NCBI RefSeq assembly: GCF_964355755.1
Contig: NC_092675.1
Location: forward strand, 4,025,812 to 4,089,811
Direction: 5' to 3'
Length of the DNA: 64,000 bases
Origin: Antedon mediterranea
Lineage: Eukaryota; Animalia; Echinodermata
Numbering within the stretch: position 1 is the first letter of the stretch; each line of letters opens with the position of its first letter. This document shows positions 38,898 through 52,266 of this stretch, piece after piece. Both the position numbers and the translations under genes were made by a program. The notes below the pieces were generated by a model, which worked only from the letters and a program-made list of their open reading frames with translations, was not told the DNA's origin and did not search any database.

Positions 38898-41134
38898 ATG
38901 AACATGAACGCGAATGAAGCTTTACCTCAACCACTGTCACACGTTAACCAAAAGAATATCTATATCTCAGCCATTCTTCAGATTATCTGGGCTTCTCTTG
39001 GTATAATTTATGGTATTGTTTTAATGGTGTTTACTTTACGCATGGATCAACTTACTATCAGTGCTGCGGTAAGACATTCATTTTGAAAGCAAAACAAAAT
39101 GCTAACTAACTGTTGAATTGTCGATGAATTATCGATAGTCAATCCCAGAATCGATCTATTGGTCCATGAATAAATAAATCAATTTATCCAGGAATTGTTT
39201 AAACAATTATGCCTATACAATGAAGCTAAATCATAACCAAAATATGCATTTGAACGACTGTCATACCCATCCTACAATGACCGTATCAACATCAAAGGCA
39301 TATGTGTTTGGTTGAACCAGGGAAGAGTGAAATTACAAAGAGTGAAATTCTAATTTCACTCTTCTCTCATTGAACACTTTTATTCATTTGGTACGGACCA
39401 AAAACATCTCCGCTGTATTATGATATGGCATTGTGTTGTATTTGTAGCTATACCTACCAGCAGGGGTGATCGGTTTAATTGCAGCCAAAGACATTGGAAT
39501 AAAGTCAGTAAGTAATGTTTTAGTTCTAGATTTTATTTTCCCTGGGGCTGGCGACATGAAGATTGAAAACAAAGCACGCACCCCAACCCCAAAAAAACAC
39601 GTCACAAAGGGAATACATTTTACGCCTGTAGAAGTTGTTCTTAATCTCTATCACGGATTTTTTCCTTTAGGGAACATTTTTCCTTTAGGGAACATTTTGC
39701 CTTTAGGGAACATTTTGCCTTTAGGGAACATTTTCTTTTCGAAACGAGGATTATAATACAAAAATGTATTTCGATGTAATTGTAACTTTTCTATTTTATA
39801 GGTTACAGCATACCAGATATTTTCGGCGATTAGTTGCGCTTTTGCTGCTATACAATCATTGCAATATTTCATACTAATGATTTTATTTTTTCCTTTCTTC
39901 ATTGGGGTAAGTACTAAAATAACTAGGCATATACTACAGTATTTATTACTATTCATGTTGGTTTGGTACATTATTAGAAATTCAAAATGAGTATAAATAT
40001 ATATAAATAATTGATCTATCTTTTCAGGGTTTTCTATTGAATCTAGCTCAATGTATCACCAGTGGCCTAGCGGCAGGTTCGATACAGTCATCACTAGGCT
40101 GTTGTTGGCAAAACATAGGTCCTACGGTATGTCTGTTATTTTAGACATCTTATCTGACTTTTTGCAGGTTTAACTATGAGTATTGCGTTTGTTTGTTTGT
40201 TTTTATTATTGTTTTAATAAAATAACTGCACGGTGTAGGCTGAATTGACTCCACGACGTTTGCGTGTGAACTTCTTTGGCAGTAGCGTTTGCCGCTTTGT
40301 ACCACAGTACATACTCCATCTTAACGAGTTTAGATATTAGACCTTTCTATAATTGCCGGTCTTTTCATTCGTCTTTCAACATCCCATTTCTTCTCATGGC
40401 ATAGCTAATCCATCCTTCTGCATCCCTCGTTTTGATCTTGAGAGCCAACTCTTTCCTTCTCAGTGAGGGTCAATCAATCTCTCCCCTCAACAACCCATTT
40501 CATTATAGGCCTATCTCTCGTTATGATGGCAAAGTTATCCATTGTTGTAGCGCCTATCTTTAGTTTCTGTATGTTTTACTATGGTTTCTTCTTCTTGTAT
40601 TCTACAAATCCAGATATTAACTGAATAGATCACAATATGACTAATAGCTAACGTATTATTTTGGTAAAGTTACGTATCATTACTTTTTTTTTATTGCAGA
40701 TAAGTGAAAGTCATGCACTTAATACTGTAGTCCCAATGCCACCCTTAGAGGACAAACCGAACACAGGTAAACAATTACAATACATACTTTGCCTTTATAT
40801 TTACTATAAGGTCAAAGGCACATTTTAGCCGATTTGGTAATACATGAGTCATGACGCATTTATCAGGTAGCAAAGATAAGTGTGTTTAAGAAAAAAAAAA
40901 ACTTGAATTGAACTGTAACTTTTGGACTAATTAAACGTAGCATACACGTACATTGAAATGAAATATGCCATCCTATGATGAATAAGTTAAAGAAATGAAA
41001 GATTATTTTTGAGATACAGTATTAATATTTTACATTATAAGGTCTCTGTTGATTTCTATTTTACAGAGTTGACGAACAACTTCTACCAATCAGACGGTTA
41101 CCATCCTCAAGGAGTGCAGACCATCATAGCCTAG
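38898..41134 (+). CDS. Four-transmembrane MS4A/CD20-like protein, ~189 aa
   Basis: Exons 38898-39068, 39448-39507, 39802-39906, 40028-40126, 40700-40766, 41067-41134 have GT-AG ends and consistent phases (570 nt). Four hydrophobic segments (ISAILQIIWASLGIIYGIVLMVF; LYLPAGVIGLIAA; AYQIFSAISCAFAAIQ..ILMILFFPFF; FLLNLAQCITSGLAAG) are followed by CC and a Pro-containing tail. The gene model is solid; the family call is by architecture. Confidence 0.75.
39658..39733. repeat. 18-bp tandem repeat, 4 copies
   Basis: TTT(T/G)CCTTTAGGGAACAT units, each a small hairpin. Confidence 0.9.
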
Positions 41135-41174
41135 GTGTTTCAATACAAACACCACCAAACGTCAATGAATTTAA

Positions 41175-41353
41175 AGCGTGGTTCCCACTAGCGACGCAAC
41201 ACAAGGACGTAACGCAACGCAAGTGAATTGACCAATCACAAGCGATGGCTTATTCGCTTGTGATTGCTAACCGTCTATAACTTCGCTTGTCATTGGTTAA
41301 AACGCTTGCGTTGCGTTTACGTCCTTACGTTACGTTCTAGTGGGAACCAAGCT
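41175..41353. mobile_element. Harbinger-like palindromic MITE family B in 3' UTR of the MS4A-like gene
   Basis: AGCGTGGTTCCCACTAG...CTAGTGGGAACCAAGCT termini, palindromic nearly throughout, TAA/TTA flanks; partial relative at ~44320-44432. Confidence 0.85.
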
Positions 41354-42459
41354 TTACCTTCACGCTTGTTATAAAATCAACTGTAGTTCTGATTGAATAG
41401 ACATATTTTAGGCCTACTGATACGCACTTATTATTTTGTTATGCTTGAATTAATCCATAGTAAAATTATAATAATGTGTAAGTCTATGGATGACGTTTTT
41501 TATATTCATTTAGATTTCTAGAAACAGTTTGATGTGATCACATATAGTAGGCCTAATTGGTTAATTTCTATTTCTAAATAAACCTTACTATTTTTTAAGG
41601 TTACCGTTGTTTGATTTTTGTTTTATATGTATCAACAAACGTAGGCCTGAATACAATTACTTAAATTAAATAACTTATTTCATATTTCATATTTCTACTG
41701 CCGGGTAATCTTTGCCAATGAAAACTACAATACAGTATGTAATGTAATATGTGTGTTTTTTTTTTACCTAGAAATTCACATTTATTAAGGCCTACCTCCA
41801 AACGTGATAACAGTGAAGGATGAAAATTTCAAAAGACAATTATAGAATGCTCTGTATGGACAACCCTTATCCAGGGGACACCCCAATTAAGAACACACTT
41901 TTGGACCACAGGTTCTACTGTAGTCCCATCATATTGTGTGTCTTACGAAAAAAAAAAACCGTATCAATCATCAGAACATAAATGCTTCTTTTTACCCGGT
42001 TTCCATCAGGTTCTATGTAAACGCTTGCTATCACATAGAATTAACAAAATAAAGATGCGTAAAGTAAATTGTACACTTAGGTATTTACCTCTAAATGCAT
42101 TCAACAGAGCGAAGGGCACAGTAATGGGTAGTATTTTTGCAAATTTATAGCAAAGTGAATATACCTCCAAATTTATAGCATTATGAAAGGGCACACAAAT
42201 GGCACCATTACTTGCCAATGTATTCACCTGAACATTCAGGGTAAAGTCAAAGGGTCTATAAGAAATCTATATATAAACTCTTTGGATAAAGCATACAAAA
42301 ATGGAAGAGAGAAAAAATACTATCATAGAGTTACTATTAAAAGCCTTCCTTCTAACTTTCCATTGGAAACAAAGAGGGCGCTTTTATGATTGATACCATG
42401 GTATTTGTAAATATTTATCTCGATCTGTCGACGTCGATCTAAAAACAAATGATAAAATC

Positions 42460-44793
42460 ATGTTTGATTTAGCATTAATTAACGCAGGTGCGCAGGTTGT
42501 TTTAGCAACATCTAGTGATGAAAATCATCCACCAGAAAATATGCTTGATGGGTAAGCCTTTGTTTGAACTAATATGCCTAGGCTAGGCCTAGTTAGTACT
42601 TGGTTGCTAGGCCTGGCCCTAGCACTTGCCTAGACTAGCTACTATAATAGTACTACTCACTAGCCTATAGACTATAAGGAGGCCTACTATAAGCTAGAAG
42701 TAGGCGGCCTAGGACCAGGCTAAGCTAGGCTAGTTATACTTATTACCTAGGCCTAGTAAGCCTAGCCTAGGCCCCTAACTATTAAAACTAGGAATAATAT
42801 TTTTTTATTATTTTATTTTATGTCTTTAGGCAATGTGGCCAAGGATTACCAATAGTGAATTAATCACTGTCCTATCAGATAGGTGGTAATCCCCCTGATA
42901 CAGGGGCTATTGTGTGAACCAGTTCACCGGGGTAACCCCCTACTCTTTTTCGAATAATGAACTGGGTTTCTTTAAAGTACACACAGGTTATAACTGTGTA
43001 CACTGGACCTACGGTTTATAGTCCTTATCCGAGAAGACTTGTTCCACCACCAGAACTAGGAGCGAGTCGGCCTCGAACCCTTGCCGATGTTGCTGTTGGC
43101 TAGATATAGCACTACCATCGAGGAATAATTCCTCCATGGATGGTACTAGGCCTAGGCTATACCCTACTACCATCCTGTGATAATAATATTTTCGAAAAAT
43201 GACCATGGGCATATAAATAAATACTGTAATAGATTTTGTCATTGTTTTTGCAGGAGTTTACAGACATTTTATGCAACAACCGGGATGTTTCCTCAGGAAT
43301 TTGTTATTTCATTTCAATCACTGATGAACATAAATAAAATCAAAATACATTCATTGAATGGTAGGTAGCTCACATTTAAGTCTATTTAAATCATTAACAT
43401 AAAACTGTTGATCACAATGTAGTCTTTTGTGGTTACATTATTTCTAAATTAATATGGAATGAATTTGAATCCATTCTACCTAAAAATTATCGTTTCATTT
43501 TAATTACATTAATTGAAGACTATCAATTGATTTGCAAGATTAGGGCAATGAAATTAAAGAGAGTAGTAAATTTCCTTAGCAAAAATATTCCTTAGCACCA
43601 CAGTGTGTTAATCTGAGGTTATTACTTACTCTTATTCTGTATCAGCAATTTATTTATACACAAAGGGAGAAACATACTGTTGATGAACCATGAAACACAA
43701 CTTCCAAAAGTAGATTGCATTTGTCCAGATGCTTCTTCAAATGTGTTGAAATATCATGGCACAGTATCACAGTCACCAAACACACTAAACCAACACTAAA
43801 TTGTTGCCATTGTTTTTTTAGTAAAAGATGTTAGTGTTTCAAGAAGTGTGCAAAATGATAAGACAGACTTTGAATCGTTAACAGAAAAGTCATTTACAAA
43901 GTCCGAAGGAACTCTACAAAATGAAGAATTTAGTGTAAGTATAAACCAATGATTATTGATGTAAATAATGAAATATTACAGTAAAATCTCTTAACCCTTG
44001 AAATTGCTTTTTAAGCATATTTCCACTGCGCAAATGTATTTGATTGCTCAGAATTGAAAGCGTTGACTAATGCACATTCGTATTAATATTATCATCTACT
44101 TTTTGTGACTATCAGTATATCAGAATATAGTATATATATATATATGGATCTTCCCCAGTTATTATTACAGTCAAATTAAATTTCAACTGTTTTTGTAATG
44201 TAAATTTCCATGTAAATTGTGATTTCAATACATTGACAATATTTGAAACAACAGTGCTTACACATTATGAAAAAGATTCATCAGGCTTCAGAAAAAAAAA
44301 AATTGAGTGTAATTCTTACTGCAAGTAATTTGACCAATCACGACATGATAGATCATCGAAACCGTCGCTTGTGATTGGTCAACTCAGTTGCGTTGTATTT
44401 TCCATTGGGTCCATCCAAGTGAGAACCAAGCTTTAAGCTCTGTGTACACTATCAAACTAGTTTGACAAAAAAAGTGTGATGTGCCCAAATATGGTAGTTT
44501 TATGCCCAAACATGGTAGTGATATGACATCATCATGTCCATATATGAGCACATAATATTTTTTTGTCACATTATAGTTTAATAGTGTAGACTGAGCTTTA
44601 GAATTTACCTCAAATCTTTTACATATTCTCGCAGTATAGAGTATTTAATAATGAGATTTCAGAAATTGTTGTTTTTTTTTTATAGTTTGAAGCAACCACA
44701 GCACACCATCTAAAGTTTGTTATAAAGTCAGGGTATGATTTGTTTACATCAATCTACCGTGTACATGTTGATGGAAATGCCATTCATCAGTAA
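42460..44793 (+). CDS. IFT25: Intraflagellar transport protein 25 homolog (IFT25/HSPB11), 139 aa
   Basis: Exons 42460-42551, 43254-43360, 43822-43934, 44686-44793 (420 nt): MFDLALINAGAQVVLATSSDENHPPENMLDG..TFYATTGMFPQEFVISF..LQNEEF..AHHLKFVIKSGYDLFTSIYRVHVDG, typical IFT25 motifs. Confidence 0.93.
42925..43085 (-). mobile_element. Meta-domain-like tRNA SINE in IFT25 intron 1
   Basis: Reverse complement reads GGGTTCGAGGCC (B-box)..GGATAAGGACTATAAACCGTAGGTCC..TTAAAGAAACCC..GAAAAAGAGTAGGGGG, resembling the MetaSINE core. Confidence 0.7.
44436..44597. mobile_element. MITE family A copy
   Basis: Same TIRs with TTA duplication; abuts the end of a family B fragment. Confidence 0.85.
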
Positions 44794-45121
44794 AGCAATC
44801 TGGCCTGCACAACTCGCAAAACAATAATTGAAAACACAAATATTGATTTTTGTTACACATTCATGAGTACTAAGGCTTGTAACAAGAAGGCTTAAATAAT
44901 TAACAAAGGACCAGGATTTGAACTCAGGATCCTGTGATTGGTAGACAAACATTTATCACCACTTTTTTTCAGATTCTGCACTCACTCCATACAATAATAC
45001 AAACAGTTAAATAAATAATAATAAAACCTTATACAGTACAAGAGAATTTAACAATTGTGTCCAAATGAGAACCAAGATTTAGTTTCATTTGACAGTGAAG
45101 TAGAAAGAGTTGTGAGTTACC

Positions 45122-45290
45122 ACCCTGGCACTAGGTCAGGATTGAACCCTGGCACTAGGTCAGGATTGAACCATGGCACTAGGTCAGGATTGAACCCTGG
45201 CAAAATATGTTGATTATCGAATTTATCATTATTCATAACCATAAGTCAGGATTGAACCATGGCACTAGGTCAGGATTGAAGCCTGGGATT
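45122..45290. repeat. 24-bp tandem repeat
   Basis: ACCCTGGCACTAGGTCAGGATTGA in two short blocks; inverted relative at ~22461-22493. Confidence 0.85.
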
Positions 45291-46157
45291 GGATGAAAAC
45301 CAGTAAGCTAGAGCTCCAGTGCCAGCACTATCACTATTTATATGAGATTTATATTTAAAACCATACCTTAAATAATCTAATATCAGGAATATGCATGATC
45401 TTGGTTTGTTAATTTATATCCTATATAGAACTGACTGAATTTGTATATAGTTCAACCATACAATTATGTAGGCCTAGACACATGGAGAAATGTACATTAT
45501 TTATTTCAGAGAAATGTACATTGTTAAATGTTATTTATTTCAGAGAAATATACATTTTTATTTATTTCAGAGAAATTTGCATTGCTTGGTATTTCGCTAG
45601 GTTTTTCATTGTGATGTGTTAATATTATTGATTAGTAGTGTTATGGCCTATTGTCTGATTTCTATTATGAACATTTGTTTTACAACACACCAGTTCAATA
45701 TTGTAATAATCACAAGTGAACATATGTTGGCATATGCTCTTAATTTCACGTATTGTCCGGTATTATGGGAGAGAATTACTATTAAAGAGAGCAATAAAAT
45801 TGAACCGTTCCATAAGACCAGGAAAGACTAGCAAATTAAAAGTTATACATTCAAACACCGGCTTGCATTATTTTTTTTTCCTATTCGGTTAAGGTAGAAA
45901 CTATAGAAGGCGTTCATATATCATGAATAACAGGGGGAAAAAATAACGCTACCGGCTTTACTTCAGTAGCTATTAAAATGGATATAGGCTAGATACCAAC
46001 ATCCTCAAAATAATGTTGGTAAGCATTGTATAAATACTACAATTCTGTCGAATAAAATTTGGTTTTTCGTCATCAAAATCCAATAAAATGTCCATAAAAT
46101 AAATGTGTTGCTGGTTAGACTGGGCGCATCATAAAGAGTCTAAAGAAGTGTCAAAGA

Positions 46158-46275
46158 TCTATCAAACTTTACTTTTATGCTCACAATGGAAATGATGATG
46201 TCATATCACTACCATATTTAAGCATATCACTGCCATATTTGGGCACATCACACGTTTGAGAGGGTAGACAGAGCT
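46158..46275. mobile_element. Degenerate MITE family A copy upstream of P4HTM-like copy 1
   Basis: CTATCAAACT..GATGTCATATCACTACCATATT..GTAGACAGAGCT-TTA. Confidence 0.7.
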
Positions 46276-46502
46276 TTACTCTCCGATAGGTGTTAATTTA
46301 GCACGAAATACGTTGATTATCGAAACGGTGACACTTGTAATAATTGATAATTTCTAAACAAATATGTTGGTGTTTGATTTATCATTATTCATAATCATAA
46401 GACCGTGAATGAGAGGTGTAAATTTTGCAAACAAAATATAACGAGTCAATATCAACGATGAATATGTTTAACATTTTGTGACAAGTTTTCCAGACTGCAA
46501 CT

Positions 46503-49500
46503 ATGGAGTCAAGGTTTGGTAATGCACTCCTACTCCCCCTGACAGTATTTACCTTCGTTCACTTAATCAATTCAGAAGACTTTCTTCATTTACCTAGACT
46601 AAATCCAGTATCTGTAAGTAACTTTAAATTTAATTTTATTTTGAATCGTTTATTTATTACGTTTATGTAATGGAATACCTTTCTCATGTTTACGGAATGT
46701 AGAATTCCTTATTTTACTGAATTTTTAAGAAAGTCGGTATATGACCTGATGTGTAGACTTTAGACTAGATTCAAGTGAAAATGTTTAAGTCTCAACGATT
46801 ATAGACAACGTCTTATATAAGTCAAAGATGCTCTCTAGGTGGAATGCCATCCTGAGATGAGTTAGTAGTAGTAATTAGTACAGTTTTTTTTAAATATTTT
46901 ATTAATTTATACGTAATTTTACTTTCTATGAACCAGAGATTCCGAAATAAAGATTAAATGAATGAATTACAGTACAATGTTTATTGTACTTTTAAAGGTT
47001 TTTTTTCAAAGCCCTGAAAAAATACCGTGAACTTTTATGTAAACAATACATTTTAGATTATTAATTATATTTTAATTACGATTTTAGATTGGTCATGAGC
47101 AAACCATGCATTTGGAATCAGGAAGAACATTGACAATAAAAACACTTGCTGTAAATCCTCCAATATTTGGTTAGAACGATACTACCTACTTTATCCAATA
47201 GGCGTACTTATTTATTCAATGTAGGCCTATAACTATACAGGCTTACAATAATTGATAAGCCTCTCTCTGCAAAATTGCATTTTCATACCAACATTTCATG
47301 TTCCCTTTGGGAGGGTCTGTCAAAATGGATTGTTTTGTAGATTAAGTTAATTATATATAATTCTCTTTTAGTTAAAGGTAACGGTCTTGATATTTTTTCA
47401 TATTCATTGAATCAGTTTAAGAACAAAGGTTTAAGTTTATTATAATAGTCAAATGTTACCCTATTAATGTTTATTATTTTAGGCATTTGTGCATTGTATT
47501 TGCATCCGTTCTGTAGTTGTATGTTAACCCTCCTGTTATTGGCGAATTATTTTGCTGTTGATTTGGGTTTCGAAATCCTAACTGACCAAAGTCAAGGCGA
47601 AAAAAGCGTTGTGAACATTTTTTTAAGTATACATAACTTAAAAAGTGTTGAATATACCAACAGCAATTTTCATTTTTCATGAATTATTAATCATTTGTTT
47701 ACATAATGTTATCTATTTTAGAGATTGAAGATTATCTTACCAACATTGAATGCGATCATATCATAGCTTTAGCGATGGCGAGTTCAAAATGGACGGAAAG
47801 TACAATTAAAGGCAAAGTGGACAAAGACAAGGAAATTCGCAAGTTCAATTTTACACAAGGTGACAAAAATAATGATAACCTTTTAGATCATTTGGAACTT
47901 TGGTATGTTATGCCTCGCTTGCAGAATTCATTGATAACTATTAAGAGTATTCCAGAATTTGTTCAATTATATAATTATGACGTGGATGGAGACGAAAAGT
48001 TGACAAATGAAGAGTTTGATCGAATTGACATTAACGTAGCGTTTCAATGGATTGAAAACAAAATGAAAAAAGACAAGAAAAATGTGATCAGACTAAGCAA
48101 ACAAGTGTGGCTAAACCACGATTCAGACGAGGTTTTACGGTCATTGAAAACCAGGTAAGGTAAACCTAAATAAATAAAAAAAACATGAGAAGTTAAACAA
48201 AATGAGACCATTGCTTGACTGAAATTAAATGTTTGTCGTTTTAAGTTTGACTTAAAAAATATTGCAGTCAGTACCTTTTTATGAGTGTGTATACTTAGAC
48301 TCAATACTCACTCAAATGGTTTCTTTACTTGTTTTGCAACCACCTTCTTATAAGTGTGTGCCATAGACTAAACATTTACTCAACTGTTCTCTTTACTTGT
48401 TTTGTACTTGTTAAGAGTGTGTACCCTTAGACTAAATACTCACTCAAATGATCTCTTTACTTGTTTTGTACTTGTTAAGAGTGTGTACCCTTAGACTAAA
48501 TACTCACTCAAATGATCTCTTTACTTGTTTTGTACTTGTTAAGAGTGTGTGCCATAGACTAAATACTCACTCAAATGATCTCTTTACTTGTTTTGTACTT
48601 GTTAAGAGTGTGTACCCTTAGACTAAATACTCACTCAAATGATCTCTTTACTTGTTTTGTACTTGTTAAGCATGTGTACCCTTAGACTAAATACTCACTC
48701 AAATGATCTCTTTACTTGTTTCAACAGAGTTGTATCATTAACTAGACTACCTAAAGGTGTGGTTGACACAAGTGAACAATTACAAGTAAGTTATATTTCG
48801 TATTAATATTTTGGATTCTTTTCACGTGTATTGAAAAGGTTGCCTTATTTACAATTCTTATTTTGAATTAGGTTGCACAGTACGATGTTGGTGGTCACTA
48901 TCATGGTCATTTTGATACTTCAAAATTGGACAAACGAAAGTGCCTACATTCAAGAGAACTAGACGGTATAAAATTAACTGAGCCATACGATGCTGTTAAG
49001 TATCGACTTTGTAGGTAAGTACAGTTGTTGGCAATTCAGTAGGCTTACAATTACGTCAGAGTAGAGAGAACAATTACAGAGGCAAAATATTTGACCAATT
49101 AAAGTAAATGAACATGTCTTTAAATATTATCTAGTTTGAGGAATTATTTTGGTTTTGAAACCTGTGTGAGATATAATAAGAAGTTGAAATATTTCAAAAA
49201 GTGGTATGCATTAGTCGAAAGTGTGTCGAATGATGTCTTTTCTTTTGTTTTATCGAAGTGAGAATATATTTAGGAATATTAGTTTTATATAAATTATTAT
49301 TTATTAAAGATATGCTACACTAATGTATTACTTGAATGACGTTGATGAAGGCGGTGAGACAGCATTTCCAGTTGCTGACAATGCAACGGTTTCCGAAAAG
49401 GTAATTATTATTACTGTACTGCTATGAACATTTTTGAATAAGATTTATTCTCACTCCACTTTATGTTGTGCAACGTAGGATTCTCACTCATTGTTCTTGG

Positions 49501-51127
49501 TGTTCCATTAGGTATTTTAAATCAGCACTGCTGAATCTTATGGCATCCACTGCGTCTAGTATCTGCCCATGCCTTTCCTCTGGTTAAGGTGGTCACTGGA
49601 AGAGAGAAGCCCTTGATCAATGATAGGACCGATCAAGGTGCTTTAAACAGTCCTGGCTTAGTTTCATCCATCATTCAGATATAGGTTTCCTTCAACACAT
49701 ACTATGTTTTTAGTCGCGTGCAACGCGATTCTACAGCTCTCTATGTCGGTCGGATGGTCAGTCGGTTGATCGGTCGGTAAACACTAACTCAAATTTGAGC
49801 ATGCGACTGCAGCCATGTATATGGCCTTCTTATTAATTTATTATCGCACGTGTTTATATTATTATTATTATTTTATGTATTTTTAATACAGTATGTGTGG
49901 AGAATATTTATTGAATATTTTATTGAATATTGAATAAACGAATTAAAATATAAAAAAAATGTCAGCACTAAAAAATGTAAAACTAATTGACATTGTTGTT
50001 CGCGACAGACGCCGGCGGCCATAAACATAAAAAATTAACCAGTTTTTCTGTCTATCTATATTTTTATCTGGTTAAAGTAATAAATATTTTTACAACAGGT
50101 TATACGTGCTGGAGGGAATATTGGTGATTTGAGTAACCACTGTACAGACGCCAACTTGGTAGTAAAACCCAAAAAAGGCAAGGCTGTATTGTGGTATAAT
50201 CATCTGCACAATAAGGATGGTAAGAAAATATGATTTAAATTACCGTAGAACAAATTACAATAGTAGGCTAATAGAGGCCTACGAAGAAGAATTTCTCCGG
50301 TTATGCAATTAATGAAATATGCACTATGAAAAATACGTCATCTGATTGACCTAGGGTACTTTGTTACTTAAAATATTAGAACAATAAAGTCATGTGCGAA
50401 GATTAGTAACTCATCGATTTGCGAGATTAGGACCAGAAGTAACCCTAATTGAGACACAAAGCAAACGGGACATTCCACCTCCGCCAATACACCTAATGTT
50501 TACACATAACGTCACTTCTGTTTTTCTGTAAACAAATTTTAAAATGTAGTATGTGAACATTACTTGACTAATGAAACCTACTGCTTTATTATAGATATCA
50601 ATCTAATCCACTGGACTTACTTTTAGAAACATCGACGTTTCACGACCTACCATTGTCCAGTCCAGTGTATGAGATTGATATCTTTTTAAAATGAATACTA
50701 CCTGGATGAAAGAGAATATTCATATCCGTACAACTGCTTTATTAATAAACCTAACCTAATTTTTAAATTCATGTGGCAAGGTTGGGTTGGTGATAAAGAT
50801 CCTTTTTCTTACCACGGTGGATGTGACATTGTCAAAGGCGTGAAATGGATAGCCAATCACTGGATCACTGTGGATACAGACAAACAACGACACATTCGTT
50901 TGATGAACCTTCGGGAGAAACGATATAGAGGTGTTGAAAGAGCAAAACAGGAGTACAATCAAAAACAAGAAGAGCAGGCGATGAAACAAAAAGAGACGCA
51001 ACCACAGCAACAGGAGCAACGGAAGAAACAACATCAAAATCTGCGCAAACATCACAACAATCAACATCTTCCTCAATCTGAATTAATAGGCCTAGAAGAT
51101 AAATCATACATCAGAAATGAACTATGA
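46503..51127 (+). CDS. EF-hand prolyl 4-hydroxylase, P4HTM-like, copy 1 (~461 aa, C-terminal RNEL)
   Basis: Exons 46503-46613, 47088-47169, 47722-48154, 48728-48785, 48872-49014, 49310-49400, 50099-50219, 50781-51127, phases consistent. EF loops [12 protein letters not shown] and [12 protein letters not shown]; GGHYHGHFD (HxD), [45 protein letters not shown]. Confidence 0.92.
48285..48722. repeat. 64-bp minisatellite, ~6.5 copies, in intron 3 of P4HTM-like copy 1
   Basis: TAGACTAAATACTCACTCAAATGATCTCTTTACTTGTTTTGTACTTGTTAAGAGTGTGTACCCT; the last unit runs into the acceptor at 48727. Confidence 0.95.
49503..49665 (+). mobile_element. Headless copy of the same SINE3 body
   Basis: CCATTAGG..AAATCAGCACTGCTGA..GAGAGAAGCCCTTGATCAAT..ATCAAGGTGCTTTAAACAGTCCTGGCTT matches the reverse complement of ~34875-35030. 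Confidence 0.85.
49707..49832 (+). mobile_element. DINE-1/HINE-like Helentron-associated element
   Basis: T-run, sub-TIR AGTCGCGTG..CATGCGACT, (GGTC)n-like microsatellite, and 3' stem-loop GCCATGTATATGGC followed by TT. Confidence 0.6.
50592..50732. mobile_element. Small hairpin-forming insertion, possibly Penelope-related, with 12-bp direct repeat
   Basis: ACTGCTTTATTA at 50580-50591 and 50733-50744; internal inverted arms AGATATCAATCT..CACTGGACT / AGTCCAGTG..AGATTGATATCT. Confidence 0.55.
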
Positions 51128-51924
51128 AAATAAAATATTATTATAATACCCATAAAAGTACAACATCATTGAGCTGCTAAATAATATAGGCCAAAATCTG
51201 TTATTAATTTTTGTAAAGAAACGAATTTCTACGAGGATATTATTATATTGATTAATGATTAAAAACCATCAGGACACCATTTATTGCTAGACCTAATTTC
51301 GCTACTATATACTGAAATATAGACAATACCAAAGATGTAAACATCACGTTTCAAAATTAGTTTTTTTAGATACAAATCTGACAGTGAAACATGGTCTACA
51401 GTAACAAACATGGCTCTTTATATCACTGGCACACCAAATAGCCTCAAAGCTGCAAGGTTATATACATTTGGTATCTTACTAATAAAATAGAGTTTAATTT
51501 ATTATTAATTAATATTATTTTTGTAAAATAGAATCGACTCTCCAAAACCAGAGTTTCATCGGATAGGTGGATTTTCCTGCAAATCACAAATTTTTATTTA
51601 CCATTAAAAATACATTCAGGCAACTAGACTTTCCATAAAACCAAACTTACTGCGTTAGCCAAGCAAGGGTATCCAGTATTGGCCTAAAGTTGACTTGTAC
51701 AACAATTATGATTAGATAATAAAAGTACTATTTTATTACAACTTGGTTGAAGAATGGTGAACGCGTACATGCTCTGAATTTATATTAGTTTGAAGTTGCA
51801 TCAGACAAACATTTGTAAATAAAATGAGTACATATAGAATAAACCACATCTTAAATAGTAGGCCTACCTTTCTTGGCAATCAACATGCTCATGGATATGT
51901 ATATATTATGTATATATATTTATA

Positions 51925-52080
51925 TATATAAATCCAAAGGCAAATTACTGAAAAATGACAATGCTGTGGGAATCAGTGGCTGGATCTCAATGGAGATACA
52001 AAAAAAAAAGCGAAAAGCTAAATCAAAACGATAAAGTAAACAGCCAGAAAAGGTAGCAGAGCTTTCGGACAACACTAGCT
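51925..52080 (-). repeat. Dispersed repeat (Penelope-like terminal fragment), copy 1
   Basis: ATATAAATCCAAAGG..AAAAGCGAAAAGCTAAATCAAAACGATAAAGTAAA..CAGCCAGAAAAG shared with 61535-61690. Confidence 0.65.
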
Positions 52081-52147
52081 ATATATATATGTGTGTATAT
52101 ATTTACATCACCGTGAACATATTTGTTGGTTTGTTGTCGAACTCGAG

Positions 52148-52266
52148 TGAACGAAGGAACGAACGAAAAGACGAACGAACGAAAAGACGAACAAACAAAA
52201 AGACGAACGAACGAAAAGACGAACGAACGAAAAGACGAACGAACGAAAAGACGAACAAACGAATGA
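52148..52266. repeat. (GAAC)n/GAAAAGAC compound microsatellite
   Basis: Direct reading. Confidence 0.9.

Noticed and set aside
40230-40600. RTE-like LINE 3' remnant on the minus strand
   Set aside because: Only a faint RMKDR-like word; too degraded to support as a feature without a search.
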